DNA of 33,965 bases from Malacoraja senta (taxonomy: Eukaryota). Positions within the stretch are counted from its first letter, which is position 1. Every line of letters starts with the position of its first letter. The stretch is from assembly GCA_038087875.1 (NCBI GenBank), contig JAXLNO010000474.1:1-33965 (forward strand). Reading direction: 5' to 3'. Of this stretch, positions 1 through 10,000 are shown piece by piece. Under the pieces are notes generated by a model. The model made no database searches. It saw only the letters and a program-made list of their open reading frames with translations, and was not told the DNA's origin. A program made the position numbers and the translations under genes.

Positions 1-125
1 CGGCAGTGGACCTGTATATGGTTGTATTTATTCATGGCAAAATTGTATTCATGTCTGCTCTTGGACTGAATAGCACGCAGCAAAAACGTTTCACTGCACC
101 TGTAAATTAAACTAAATGAATTGTT

Positions 126-612
126 TAAGAAAGAACTGCAGATGCTGGAAAAATCGAAGGTAGATAAAAACGCTGGAGAAACTCAGCGGGTGAGGCAGCG
201 TCTATGGAGCGAAGGAATAGGCGACGTTTTGGGTCGAGACCCTTCTTCAGTCTGATGTGGGGGCGGGAAGAAGAAAGGAAGAGGCGGAGACAGTGGGCTG
301 TGGGAGAGCTGGGAAGGGGAGGGGAAGGAGGGAGAAAGCAAGGACTGCCTGAAATTGGAGAAGTCAATGTTCATACCGCTGGGGTGTAAACTACTCAAGC
401 GGAATATGAGGTGCTGCTCCTCCAATTTACGGTGGGACTCACTCTGGCCACGGAGGAGGCCCAGGACAGAAAGGTCTGATTCAGAATGGGAGGGGGAGTT
501 GAAGTGCTGAGCCACCGGGAGGTCAGGTTGGTTATTGCGAACCGAGCGGAGGTGTTGGGCGAAGCGATCGCCGAGCCTGCGCTTGGTCTCACCGATGTAG
601 AGCAGCTGACAC
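126..612 (-). mobile_element. Penelope-like element, 3' fragment (GIY-YIG C-terminus + pLTR)
   Basis: Minus ORF ...VAQHFNSPSHSESDLSVLGL..HRKLEEQHLIFRLSSLHPSGMNIDF is homologous to the element at 13177-14130; followed by a pyrimidine tract and a hammerhead-like motif (223-250; GAAA mutated to AAAA). Confidence 0.85.
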
Positions 613-988
613 CCAAAAGAATTGCTGGTGCTGGTTTACAAAAATGACTGCTGTTGGCTTTGTATGACTGACTCGGCAAATGAAATTCCTCGTATGTTGC
701 AAAACATACTTGGCTAATAAAATATTATTGTATTGTATTGTAAAAAAAGACACAAAGTGCAGGAGTAACACAACGAGCCAGGCGGCATCTGCGGAGGACG
801 AGGAAAGGCGACGTTTCAGGTTGAGACCCTTCACCCATCATCCTGCCCCTATCTCTCTTCTAGCTTCCCCCCACACACACATACAATAAGTCCAAGTCCC
901 CACCTGAAACGCCACACATCCTTGATCTCCACAGAAGCTGCCTGACCCTTTACGGAGGCACGGTGACGCAGCGGTAGAGTTGCTGCCT

Positions 989-1333
989 CTTGGTTCTTCT
1001 TGGTTCTTGGTTTCTTGGTCCTCCAAAATATTCCAAATGGAATTTAAACTGGAGGTGGTGGAGGGAGGACTTAAGACAGAAAGGGTTTTTGGGAAGAAAG
1101 AGCTACCTTAAATTTAGTTGCATCTGGTTGGGTAACTATGGTAGGGTGAAGATTATTCCATGCTGTAATTGTGCGGGGGAAGAACAAATTGCTGTACACA
1201 TCTGTCTTGGTAGCTGGAATCACAAATTGGATCGAATGCCCTCGTCTGCTCCTAATTGGTTTGGGTTTGGTGTAGGTCTTGTAATCTATGTCGAGCTGAC
1301 CATTTAACATTTTGTAAAAACAGGTCAAACGGT
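989..1333 (-). mobile_element. Divergent CR1-group LINE, 3' fragment
   Basis: RLTCFYKMLNG...RSRRGHS...YSNLFFPRTITAWNNL..stop at 1071, then a short UTR and an (ACCAAGA)n-like tail. Confidence 0.7.
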
Positions 1334-1534
1334 GACCCGGGTTCAACATTAACTCCGGTAGATGTCCATACGGAGTGTGCACGTTCTCCCTGTGACCTGC
1401 GTGGGCTTTCTACGGGTGCTCTGGTTTCCTTCCACATTCCAAAGACGTGCAGGTTGATAAGTTGATTGGCTTCTGTAAATTGTCCCAAGTATCTGGGATA
1501 GGACGAGTGCACGGGTGATTATGGGTCAGCTGAC

Positions 1535-1885
1535 CACCAGGGGGCGCCGGGGAGATGGCTGCCCTGCCGGCAGTCTGTTCGTATTTTCTTTATTTTTGTT
1601 ATTTTTTGGTGCGTTAAAAGTTTGTTTTAATGTTCTTCGGTTTGTTTTATGTGGGGGGTGGGGGGAGGGGGAGGGTAAACTTTTTTTCAAGCTCTTGCCT
1701 TCCCCGAGATGTGATTGAGTTTCGATCACATTCTCCGTGCTCTGCGGCCTACCATCGATGGAGCTGGGAAGCCTCCTCGGACTGTCGTGAGACCCACCGC
1801 GGGGCGCGGACTTAACATCGGAGCTGATCCCAAAACGTACTTAAAGCGAATAAAGTGCGATTCTGATTCTGATTCTGCATTCTGA
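1535..1885 (+). mobile_element. Non-autonomous Rex1/Babar-like retroposon
   Basis: Ends AATAAAGTGC + (GATTCT)n tail; shares blocks (TTTTATGTGGGGGG.., GCGGCCTACCA) with 18438-19135; no credible ORF. Confidence 0.55.
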
Positions 1886-2329
1886 TCCTTGGTTGGGCGA
1901 AGGGCCTGCTTCCGCGCTGTATCTCCAAACTAAACTAAACTAGGGTCTCGATCTGAAACAACACCTATTCATTTCTCCAGAGACGCTGAGTTGATTAGTG
2001 CGGGTGTCAGGAGTTATGGGGAGAATAAGGTTGCGAGGGAAAGATAGATCAGCCAGGGTTGAAAGGCGGATTAGACACGATGGGCCGAATGGCCTCATTC
2101 TGACCCTACAACCTATCAACACCGCTGCCTGACTTGCTAAGTTACTCCAGTATGTTGTGACTATCTTAAACTAAACCCGCTGTATTACTCCAGAACCAGT
2201 TCCCATTGTGCTTACAAAATTACATCGGTCTTTCTAGGCAATTTTACATTTCCGGTCATCGGATTAATTAAACACTGCCTTCCATGGCAATAGTATTTTA
2301 CTCTGTAGTATTAGTGTTATTTGCGTGAT

Positions 2330-2478
2330 AAGTTCATGTTCATAAGTGATAGGGGCAGAATTAGGCCATTCGGCCCATCAAGTCTACTCCACCATTCAAT
2401 CATGGCTGATCTATCTCTCCCTCCTAACCCCATTCTCCTCCCTTCTCCCCATAACCCCTGACACCCGTACTAATCAAG
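2330..2478 (-). mobile_element. CR1 LINE 3' end (subfamily ending GGCCTAATTCTGC..CTTATGA)
   Basis: Homologous to 10914-11165(+) and 33679-33965(-); another piece at about 1990-2110(+). Confidence 0.75.
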
Positions 2479-2690
2479 GCAGGATAGTGTGTATAAGAGG
2501 CATGTAGTATGTGGGAGTGGACGGGGGAATGCAGGAATGTAGATAGAAGAGATTAGTGTCACTTGGCATCATGTCCGGCACAGGTATTGTGGGCCAAAGG
2601 GCCTGTTGCTTTGCAGTACTGTTCCCTGGCAATGAAAGGATGAGGAGGATTCACTGTACAAGTGCTTTTTGCTGAGAATTCCTCTTTGAC

Positions 2691-3977
2691 ATTGGACAAA
2701 GTCAGCATGGATTTATGAAAGGTAAATCATGTCTGACGAATCTTATAGAATTTTTCGAGGAGGTAACTAGTAGAGTGGATAAGGGTGAACCAGTGGATGT
2801 GTGATATCTGGACTTTCAGAAGGCTTTTGACAAGGTCCCACATAAGATTAGTATACAAACTTAAAGCACACGGTTCAGTATTGATTTGGATAGAGAACTG
2901 GCTGGCAAACAGGAAGCAAAGAGTAGGAGTAAACGGGTCATTTTCAGAATGGCAGGCAGTGACTAGTGGGGTAACGCAAGGCTCAGTGCTGGGACCCCAG
3001 CTATTTACAATATATATTAATGATTTGGACGAGGGAATTGAATGCAACATCTCCATGTTTGCGGATGACACAAAGCTGGGGGGGCAGTGTTAGCTGTGAG
3101 GAGGATGCTAGGAGGCTGCAAGGTGACTTGGATAGGCTGGGTGAGTGGGCAAATGCATGGCAGATGCAGTATAATGTGGATAAATGTGAGGTTATCCATT
3201 TTGGTGGCAAAAAACATATCTGAATGGTGGCCGATTAGGAAAAGAGGAGATGCAACGAGACCTGGGTGTCATGGTACACCAGTCATTGAAAGTAGGCATG
3301 CAGGTGCAGCAGGCAGTGAAGAAAGCGAATGGTATGTTAGCATTCATAGCAAAAGGATTTGAGTATAGGAGCAGGGAGGTTCTACTGCAGTTGTACAGGG
3401 TCTTGGTGAGACCACACCTGGAGTATTGCGTACAGTTTTGGTCTCCAAATCTGAGGAAAGACTTTCTTGCCATAGAGGGAGTACAGAGAAGGTTCACCAG
3501 ACTGATTCCTGGGATGTCAGGACTTTCATATGAAGAAAGACTGGATAGACTTGGCTTGTACTCGCTAGAATTTAGAAGATTGAGGGGGGATCTTATAGAA
3601 ACTTACAACATTCTTAAGGGGTTGGACAGGCTAGATGCAGGAAGATTGTTCCTGATGTTGGGGAAGTCCAGAACAAGGGGTCACAGTTTAAGGATTAGGG
3701 GGAAATCCTTTAGGACCGAGATGAGAAAAACATTTTTCACACAGAGAGTGGTGAATCTCTGGAATTCTCTGCCACAGAAAGTAGTTGAGGCCAGTTCATT
3801 GGCTATATTTAAGAGGGAGTTAGATGTGGCCCTTGTGGCTAAAGGGATCGGGGGGTATGGCGAGAAGGCAGGTACAGGATACTGAGTTGGATGATCAGCC
3901 ATGATCATATTGAATGGCGGTGCAGGCTCGAAGGGCCGAATGGCCTACTCCTGCACCTATTGTCTATGTTTCTATGT
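2691..3977 (+). mobile_element. CR1/HER1-like LINE, 5'-truncated, frameshifted RT; (TTCTATGT)n tail
   Basis: [48 protein letters not shown] and VVNLWNSLP motifs spread across several frames. Confidence 0.93.
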
Positions 3978-3996
3978 TAATCTTATCCCTCCAACA

Positions 3997-4309
3997 GGGC
4001 GGCACGGTGGCGCAGCAGTAGAGTTGCTGCCTCACGGCGCCAGAGACCCGGGTTCCATCCTGACTACGGGTGCTGTCTGTACGGAGTTTGTACGTTCCCT
4101 CTGTGACCTGCGTGGGTTTCCCCCGAGATCTGCCGTTTCCTCCCACACCCCAAAGACGTGCAGGTTTGTAGGTTAATTGGCTTGGTTTAAATGTAAAAAT
4201 TGGCCCTAGTGGGTGCAGGAGAGTGTCAGTGTGCGGGGATCGCTGGTCGGTGCGGACTCGGTGGGCCGAAGGGCCAGTTTCTGCGGTGTATCTCTAAGCT
4301 AAACTAAAC
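3997..4309 (+). mobile_element. HE1-like V-SINE, full length
   Basis: A-box TGGCGCAGCAG, B-box GGTTCCATCC, V-domain, CR1-like 3' stem GGGCCGAAGGGCC, (CTAAA)n tail. Confidence 0.9.
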
Positions 4310-4375
4310 CATTTCTGACTGAGAGGCTGTTCCTTTACTGCACACTGCTCTGCACAGTGTCAATGTTTGCTTCCA

Positions 4376-4459
4376 CATTCCTGGCCAGCTGGAATCTGAA
4401 CTAGGTTATAAATATCCACGATAAATGTTAAAAATTAGACAAGTGGAATGCTTGGAATG
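4376..4459. promoter_or_regulatory. Candidate TEAD (M-CAT) site cluster in unique intronic DNA
   Basis: ACATTCC (CATTCC at 4376-4381) and tandem GGAATG-CTT-GGAATG at 4445-4459; motif match only. Confidence 0.45.
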
Positions 4460-4526
4460 CCTGATGCCCTGCACATAAATAAAATAACATGCCCTTTGAG
4501 TTGCTACAATCACTGATCAATTAGAA

Positions 4527-4790
4527 GTCTCTTCCCAGCTGTTATCAGGCAACTGAACCATCCTACCACAACCAGAGAGCAGTGCTGAACTACTATCTAC
4601 CTCATTGGTGACCCTCGGACTATCCTTGATCAGACTTTACCTTGCACTAAACGTTATTCCCTTTATCCTGTATCTGTACACTGTGGACGGCTCGATTGTA
4701 ATCATGTATTGTCTTTCCGCTGACTGGTTAGCACGCAACAAAAGCTTTTCACTGTACCTCGGTACACGTGACAGTAAACTAAACTGAACG
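4527..4790 (+). mobile_element. Rex1/Babar LINE 3' end
   Basis: Encodes ..FPAVIRQLN (Rex1-type ORF terminus), then a UTR ending TTTTCACTGTACCTCGGTACACGTGACAGTAAACTAAAC; related tails at about 30-120, 655-740, 6710-6790(-), 16990-17080, 26815-26970(-) and 30340-30590(-). Confidence 0.7.
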
Positions 4791-4927
4791 AAATGGAATT
4801 AAACTAGAAGGCTTTGTTTACAAGTGCCCTGAATCGTTCAAAACGTATTCATAAAGCCAAGCCACGGTAATGGCGAGGTTGTTGAATATTAATCTCCAAG
4901 GTTAATGAATAACTGGGTGAAGCCTAA

Positions 4928-5285
4928 AGTCCCTGTCCCACTGTACGAGGTAATTCAAGAGTTCTCCCGAGTTTTCCCCTGATTCGAACTTGGAGAATGT
5001 CCATAGCGGGTCCGTAGGTGTTCGTGGATGTCTCGTAGCAGCTCGTACGAGTAACGGTAGGTACTCGGGAAATCCGGTAAACTCGTGACGTTTTTTCAAC
5101 ACTGTGAAAAATGTCCACGAGTAAAAAAAATACTCGTGATGAAACAAATTGTTACTTTTTACTCGTACGAGCCGCTACGAGACATCCACGAACACCTATG
5201 GACCCGTTAAGGATATTCTCCGAGTTCGAATCAGGGGAAAACTCGGGAGAACTCGTGAATTACCTCGTACAGTGGGACAGGCCCT
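4928..5285. mobile_element. PIF/Harbinger-like MITE A with about 125-bp terminal inverted repeats
   Basis: AGTCCCTGTCCCACTGTACGAGGTAATTC...GAATTACCTCGTACAGTGGGACAGGCCCT; flanks TAA/TTA; no ORF. Confidence 0.8.
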
Positions 5286-5361
5286 TTAGACACAGGCCAG
5301 CATCGATCTCTAGTAACGTGCTAACTCACAGCGACTGCTAAAGTAGTTTATTACAGTTGGA

Positions 5362-5580
5362 ATAGTGAAAGGCCCGGATAGAGTGGATGTGGAGAGGATG
5401 TTTCCACCAGTGGGAGAGTCTAGGACCAGAGGGTACAGCCTCAGAATTAAAGGATGTCCCTTTCGGAAGGAGATGAAGAGGAATTTCTTTAGTCAGAGGG
5501 TGGTGAATCTGTGGAATTCATTGCCACAGAAGGCCGTGGAGGCCGTCAATAGATATTTTTAAGGCAGAGATGGATAGATT
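5362..5580 (+). mobile_element. CR1 LINE 3' fragment
   Basis: MKG.DRVDVERMFP..GESRTRGYSLRIKG..FFSQRVVNLWNSLP. Confidence 0.85.
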
Positions 5581-6145
5581 GGATAGGTGACGTTTCACAG
5601 AGTGCTGGAGTAACTCAGCGGGTCAGGCAGCATCTGTGGAGCGAAGGAAATGGGCAACCTTTCGGGCCGAAACCCTGAAGGAAATAGGCAACGTTTTGGG
5701 CCGAAACCCGGAAGGGTTTCGGGCCGAAACATTGCCTATTTCCTTCGCTCTATAGATGCTGCCGGAACATGGATAGGTGACGTTTCACAGAGTGCTGGAG
5801 TAACTCAGCGGGTCAGGCAGCATCTGTGGAGAACATGGATAGGTGACGTTTCACAGAGTGCTGGAGTAACTCAGCGGGTCAGGCAGCATCTGTGGAGAAC
5901 GCGGATAGGTGACGTTTCACAGAGTGCTGGAGTAACTCAGCGGGTCAGGCAGCATCTCTGGAGAACGTGGATAGGTGACGTTTCAGGTCGGGACCCTTCT
6001 TGAGTCATTGTTGGTCGGAATCCTTCATTCTGACCTGAAACGTCACCTATTCTTTTTCTCCAGAGATGCTGCCTGACCCGCTGAGTTATTCCAGCATTTT
6101 GTGTCTGTCTTCGGTATAAACCAGCAACCAGCAGTTTCTTCCAAC
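5581..6145. repeat. Penelope-pLTR-derived composite: 66-bp tandem units + foldback insert, followed by an inverted pLTR-like copy
   Basis: Unit GGATAGGTGACGTTTCACAGAGTGCTGGAGTAACTCAGCGGGTCAGGCAGCATCTGTGGAGAACAT at 5581, 5771, 5837, 5903 and partial at 5969; foldback 5641-5763; opposite-strand copy about 6028-6145. Confidence 0.85.
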
Positions 6146-6198
6146 ATACTTATTTTCCCCTATCCAATTTCTCTTATTCCTGCATCAAAAGACTTATT

Positions 6199-6325
6199 GG
6201 GGTGGCACGGTGGCGCAGCGGTAGAGTTGCTGCCTCACAGCGCCAGAGACCCGGGTTCCATCCTGACTATGGGTGCTGTCTGTATGGAGTTTGTACCTTC
6301 TCCCCGTGACCTGCGTGGGTTTTCT
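6199..6325 (+). mobile_element. HE1-like V-SINE, 3'-truncated
   Basis: tRNA-like head and start of the V-domain. Confidence 0.85.
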
Positions 6326-6376
6326 GTTGCCGTGCCATATCACTAAAGTCCAAACACTAAAGCCACATAGTAGACT

Positions 6377-6709
6377 GTAGACAATAGACAATAGGTGCAG
6401 GAGTAGGCCATTTGGCCCTTCGAGCCAGCACCGCCATTCAATGTGATCATGGCTGATCATCCCCAATCAGTACCCCGTTCCTGCCTTCTCCCCATATCCC
6501 CTGACTCCGCTATTTTTAAGAGCCCTATCCAGCTCTCTCTTGAAAGCATCCAGAGAACCGGCCTCCACCGCCCTCTGAGGCAGAGAATTCCACAGACTCA
6601 CCACTCTCTTTGAGAAAAAGTGTTTCCTCATCTCCGTTCTAAATGGCTTACTCCTTATTATTAAACTGTGGCCCCTGGTTCTGGACTCCCCCAACATCGG
6701 GAACATGTT
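6377..6709 (-). mobile_element. CR1 LINE 3' fragment, (TCTATTG)n-tail subfamily
   Basis: NMFPMLGESRTRGHSL...GYGEKAGTGY* plus conserved 3' UTR. Confidence 0.9.
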
Positions 6710-6837
6710 GGCCAAGTATTCACATACAAGGAATTTGCCTCGGTGCTCCGCCCACAAGTAACAACATGACATACAGTGACAGTTACGAATGACTCAGAAA
6801 ACACTAAACATTAATAATAATAAAACATTAAGCCACA

Positions 6838-7188
6838 TATATCGTTGTCGTGGCTATCCCTTGAGGTCGAGGATGATGTTGTTTAAACAGACCGAAGACG
6901 CCCGCGTGCGTGTGTTTGTTTAACGTGTACTTGATGTTGCACTCCAAGAAGCTCACGGTCCTTCACAAATCAGTCAACTCATTCCAATGGCAAGGGAACC
7001 AAGACGATTGGAGCTGATAGATCGGTTGCAGCCTTCATCCGCCTTCACAGCCGTTGAGTTCAAGATAACTTTGTCCGCCTGGTCCGCCGTTGAGGCCTTC
7101 TAGGTTGGATCGTTCTTTGTCTGGACCCTCATCCTCGACCGTACCGCCATGGGTGGCCCCACCAGCATCGCTCTCGGAATCATGGACT
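6838..7188 (-). mobile_element. Non-autonomous RTE-derived retroposon (5'-UTR-like + 3'-end-like parts)
   Basis: Minus strand begins GATTCCGAGAGCGATGCTGGTGGGGCCACCCATGGCGGTACGGTCGAGG..CCAGACAAAGAACGATCCAA (RTE-type 5' UTR as recalled) and ends ATCATCCTCGACCTCAAGGGATAGCCACGACAACGA (RTE-type 3' stem-loop). Confidence 0.55.
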
Positions 7189-7314
7189 ATGTACAGACAA
7201 ACAAAAATTATATCGGCCAGATCTTGTGTAGCCTACTACAGTTTGCTTTGGCTCCCAGGGATCTTGTTGCATCCCTGAAATGAGCAATTATCATTCATAA
7301 TTGCCCATCCACTC

Positions 7315-7905
7315 ATTCACTGGAGTTTAGAAGGATGAGGGGGGATCTTATAGAAACATATAAAAGGACTGGACAAGCTAGATGCAGGAAAAATGTTCCC
7401 AATGTTGGGGCGAGCAGAACCAGGGCCACAGTCTTAAAATAAAGGCTGTGAGCCAGCACCGCCATTCATTGTGGTCATGGCTGATCGTCCCCAATCAATA
7501 ACCCGTGCCTGCCTTCTCCCCATATCACTTGATTCCACCAGCCCTTGAGCTCTATCTAACTCTCTTTTAAATCCATCCAGTGATTTAGCCTCCACTGCCC
7601 TCTGTGGCAGGGAATTCCACAAATTCACAACTCTCTGGGTGAAAAAGTTTTTCCTCACCTCAGTCTTAAATGGCCTCCCCTTTATTCTAAGACTGTGGCC
7701 CCTGGTTCGGGACTCGCCCAACATTGGGAACATTTTTCTTGCATCTAGCTTGTCCAGTCCTTTTATAATTTTATATGTTTCTATAAGATACCCCCTCATC
7801 CTTCTAAACTCCAGTGAATACAAGCCTAGTCTTTTCAATCTTTCCTCATATGACAGTCCCGCCATCCCAGGGATCAATCTCGTGAGCCTACGCTGCACTG
7901 CCTCA
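7315..7905. mobile_element. Two CR1 fragments tail-to-tail (7315-7445 +, 7450-7905 -)
   Basis: The + piece is the reverse complement of about 7680-7820; minus ORF QRRLTRLIPGMAGLSYEERL...VVNLWNSLP. Confidence 0.85.
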
Positions 7906-7971
7906 ATCACAAGGATGGACACTTCTGCTGTGGGGCCAAGAAACATGGATAAAACATGCCTTTGGGTGACA

Positions 7972-8245
7972 GGGTGGTAGAGTTCTTGCCTTACAGCCAT
8001 TTACAGCGATTTCAATCCTGACTACGGTTCTGTACGTTCTGACCTGTACTTTCCCCATGTGACCTGCGTGGGTTTTCTCCGGGTGCTCCGGTTTCCTCCC
8101 ACCATCCAAAGACGTGCAGGTTTGTAGGTTAATTGGCTTCTGGAAATTGGTCCTAGTGTGTAGGATAGTGTTGGTGAATGGGGTGATCATTGGTCTGCGT
8201 GGACCCGGTGGGCCGAAGGGCCTGTTTCCACGCTGTATAACTGAA
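7972..8245 (+). mobile_element. HE1-like V-SINE, degenerate head
   Basis: V-domain and 3' stem clear; CR1-type 3' tail fragments follow at about 8250-8410. Confidence 0.8.
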
Positions 8246-8527
8246 ACAGAGAACAGTACAGCACAGGAACAGGCCCTTCGGCCCACAAAGTCTGTGCCGA
8301 ACATGATGCAAAGTTAAACTAATCTCCTCTGTGCCTGCACGTGATCCATATCCCTCCATTCCCTGCTCATCCATACAGACCGAAGGGCCTGTTTCCGTGC
8401 TGTATTCTTCAATTAAATGCCACCTAATCTTGTTCTCCAGAGATGCTGAGTGACCCGCTGAGTTACTCCAGCACTCTGTGCTTTTTTTGGGTTGTAAACC
8501 AGCATCTGCAGTTCCTGGTGTCTACCT

Positions 8528-8747
8528 TCATAGAAACATAGAAACATAGAAAATAGGTGCAGGAGTAGGCCATTCGGCCCTTCGAGCCTGCACCGCCATT
8601 CAATATGATCATGGCTGATCATCCAACTCAATATCCTGTACCTGCCTTCTCTCCATACCCCCTGATCCCTTTAGCCACAAGGGCCACATCTAACTCCCTC
8701 TTAAATATAGCCAATGAACTGGCCTCAACTACCCTCTGTGGCAGAGA
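8528..8747 (-). mobile_element. CR1 3' end, (TTCTATGT)n-tail subfamily
   Basis: Near-identical to the reverse complement of 3770-3977. Confidence 0.9.
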
Positions 8748-8799
8748 AGTAAGTAGTGATCATTTGTAAGATTTGTAAAAGAAGTAAGTGATCATTTGA

Positions 8800-8993
8800 C
8801 TGAAGAAGGGCCCCGACCCGAAATGTCGCCCATTCCTTCTCTCCAGAGATGCTGCCTGACCCGCTGAGTTACTCCAGCACTCTGTGAAACGTCACCTATC
8901 CCTGTTCTCCACAGATGCTGCCTGACCCGCTGAGTTACTCCAGCATTTTGTGCCCACCTTTGGTGTGAAGTGGCATCTGCTGTTCCTTCCTAC
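8800..8993 (+). mobile_element. Non-autonomous Penelope pLTR derivative with hammerhead motif and duplicated 66-bp unit
   Basis: CTGAAGAAGGGCCCCGACCCGAAATGTC at 8800-8827, then two units; ends just upstream of the exon acceptor at 9019. Further pLTR-type pieces at about 612-950, 1943-2150, 8420-8527, 10545-10655, 15754-15848 and 32060-32210. Confidence 0.75.
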
Positions 8994-9019
8994 ACACTGA
9001 TCTTTTGTTTGTGTTTCAG

Positions 9020-9129
9020 GTTTACCAAACCTCTGACGTTTGCCGATTGTGTGGGAGATGAACTCCCCCTGGGTTGGGAAGACGCCTACGATGACCAGAT
9101 TGGGGTCTTTTACATTGACCACATCAACA
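9020..9129 (+). CDS. WWC2: WWC2-like (KIBRA family) coding exon, equivalent to exon 2; WW1-WW2 linker and most of WW2
   Basis: Polypyrimidine tract + ttcAG at 9018-9019, GTgagt at 9130; 110 bp; [38 protein letters not shown] matches the WWC-family WW2 region; phase joins the next exon (A+AG = Lys). Confidence 0.93.
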
Positions 9130-9222
9130 GTGAGTGCATCCTGTACGGGCTTTTCCAACGCCACCCCCCCCCCCCCTCTCTCTCAACATTGTGACTCGCA
9201 CCTGCCTTCAATGGAGGGCAGC

Positions 9223-9995
9223 ACAATAGACAATAGACAATAGACAATAGGTGCAGGAGTAGGCCATTCGGCCCTTCGAGCCAGCACCGCCATTCAATGT
9301 GATCATGGCTGATCATCACCAATCAGTACCCTGTTCCTGCCTTCTCCCCATATCCCCTGACTCCGCTATTTTTAAGAGCCCTATCTAGCTCTCTCTTGAA
9401 AGCATCCAGAGAACCGGCCTCCACCGCCATCTGAGGCAGAGAATTCCACAGACTCACAACTCTCTGTGTGAAAAAGTGTTTCCTCGTCTCCGTTCTAAAT
9501 GACTTACCCCTTATTCTTAAACTGTGGCCACTGGTTCTGGACTCCCCCAACATCGGGAACATGTTTCCTGCCTCCAGCGTGTCTAAACCCTTAACAATCT
9601 TATATGTTTCAATAAGATCCCCTCTCATCCTTCTAAACTCCAGAGTGTACAAGCTCAGCCGCTCCATTCTCTCAGCATATGACAGTCCCGCCATCCCGGG
9701 AATTAACCTTGTAAACCTACGCTGCACTCCCTCAATAGCAAGAATGTCCTTCCTCAAATTAGGGGACCAAAACTGCACACAATACTCCAGGTGTGGTCTC
9801 ACTAGGGCTATGTACAACTGCAGAAGGACCTCTTTGCTCTTATACTCGATTCCTCTTGTTATGAAGGCCAACATGCCATTCGCTTTCTTCACTGCCTGCT
9901 GTACCTGCATGCTTACTTTCATAGACTGATATACAAGGACCCCCAGATCCCGCTGTACTTCCCCTTTTCCCAACTTGACACCATTTAGATAGTAA
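9223..9995 (-). mobile_element. CR1 LINE 3' fragment, (TCTATTG)n subfamily
   Basis: 216-aa open RT C-terminal frame (QRDLGVLV..RPHLEYC..LWNSLP). Confidence 0.93.
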
Positions 9996-10000
9996 TTTAT

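Larger units (their letters stand above)
954..1941 (+). mobile_element. HE1-like V-SINE split by two nested insertions (pieces 954-988, 1334-1533, 1888-1941)
   Basis: tRNA-like head, V-domain and (CTAAA)n tail are collinear with intact copies once the inserts are removed. Confidence 0.8.

Noticed and set aside
2526..2539. Double GGAATG with 2-bp spacer
   Set aside because: Lies in what looks like a degenerate SINE/LINE tail and has non-canonical spacing.
3997..4070. tRNA genes at the A/B-box sequences
   Set aside because: Each is fused to a V-domain and LINE-like tail and lacks a complete cloverleaf; these are SINE heads.
5650..6003. 117-aa ORF with 22-aa repeats
   Set aside because: Translation of the 66-bp pLTR-derived array; no splice or coding evidence.
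9020..9129. Assignment to WWC3 or WWC1/KIBRA
   Set aside because: This exon alone (PLTFAD..LPLGWE) is ambiguous, but the next three exons carry WWC2-type residues; a phylogeny is still needed.
8970..9194. ORF-track boundaries for the WWC-like peptides (also 22915-23184, 31446-31685)
   Set aside because: Family similarity stops exactly at AG/GT splice sites; the extensions are intronic read-through.
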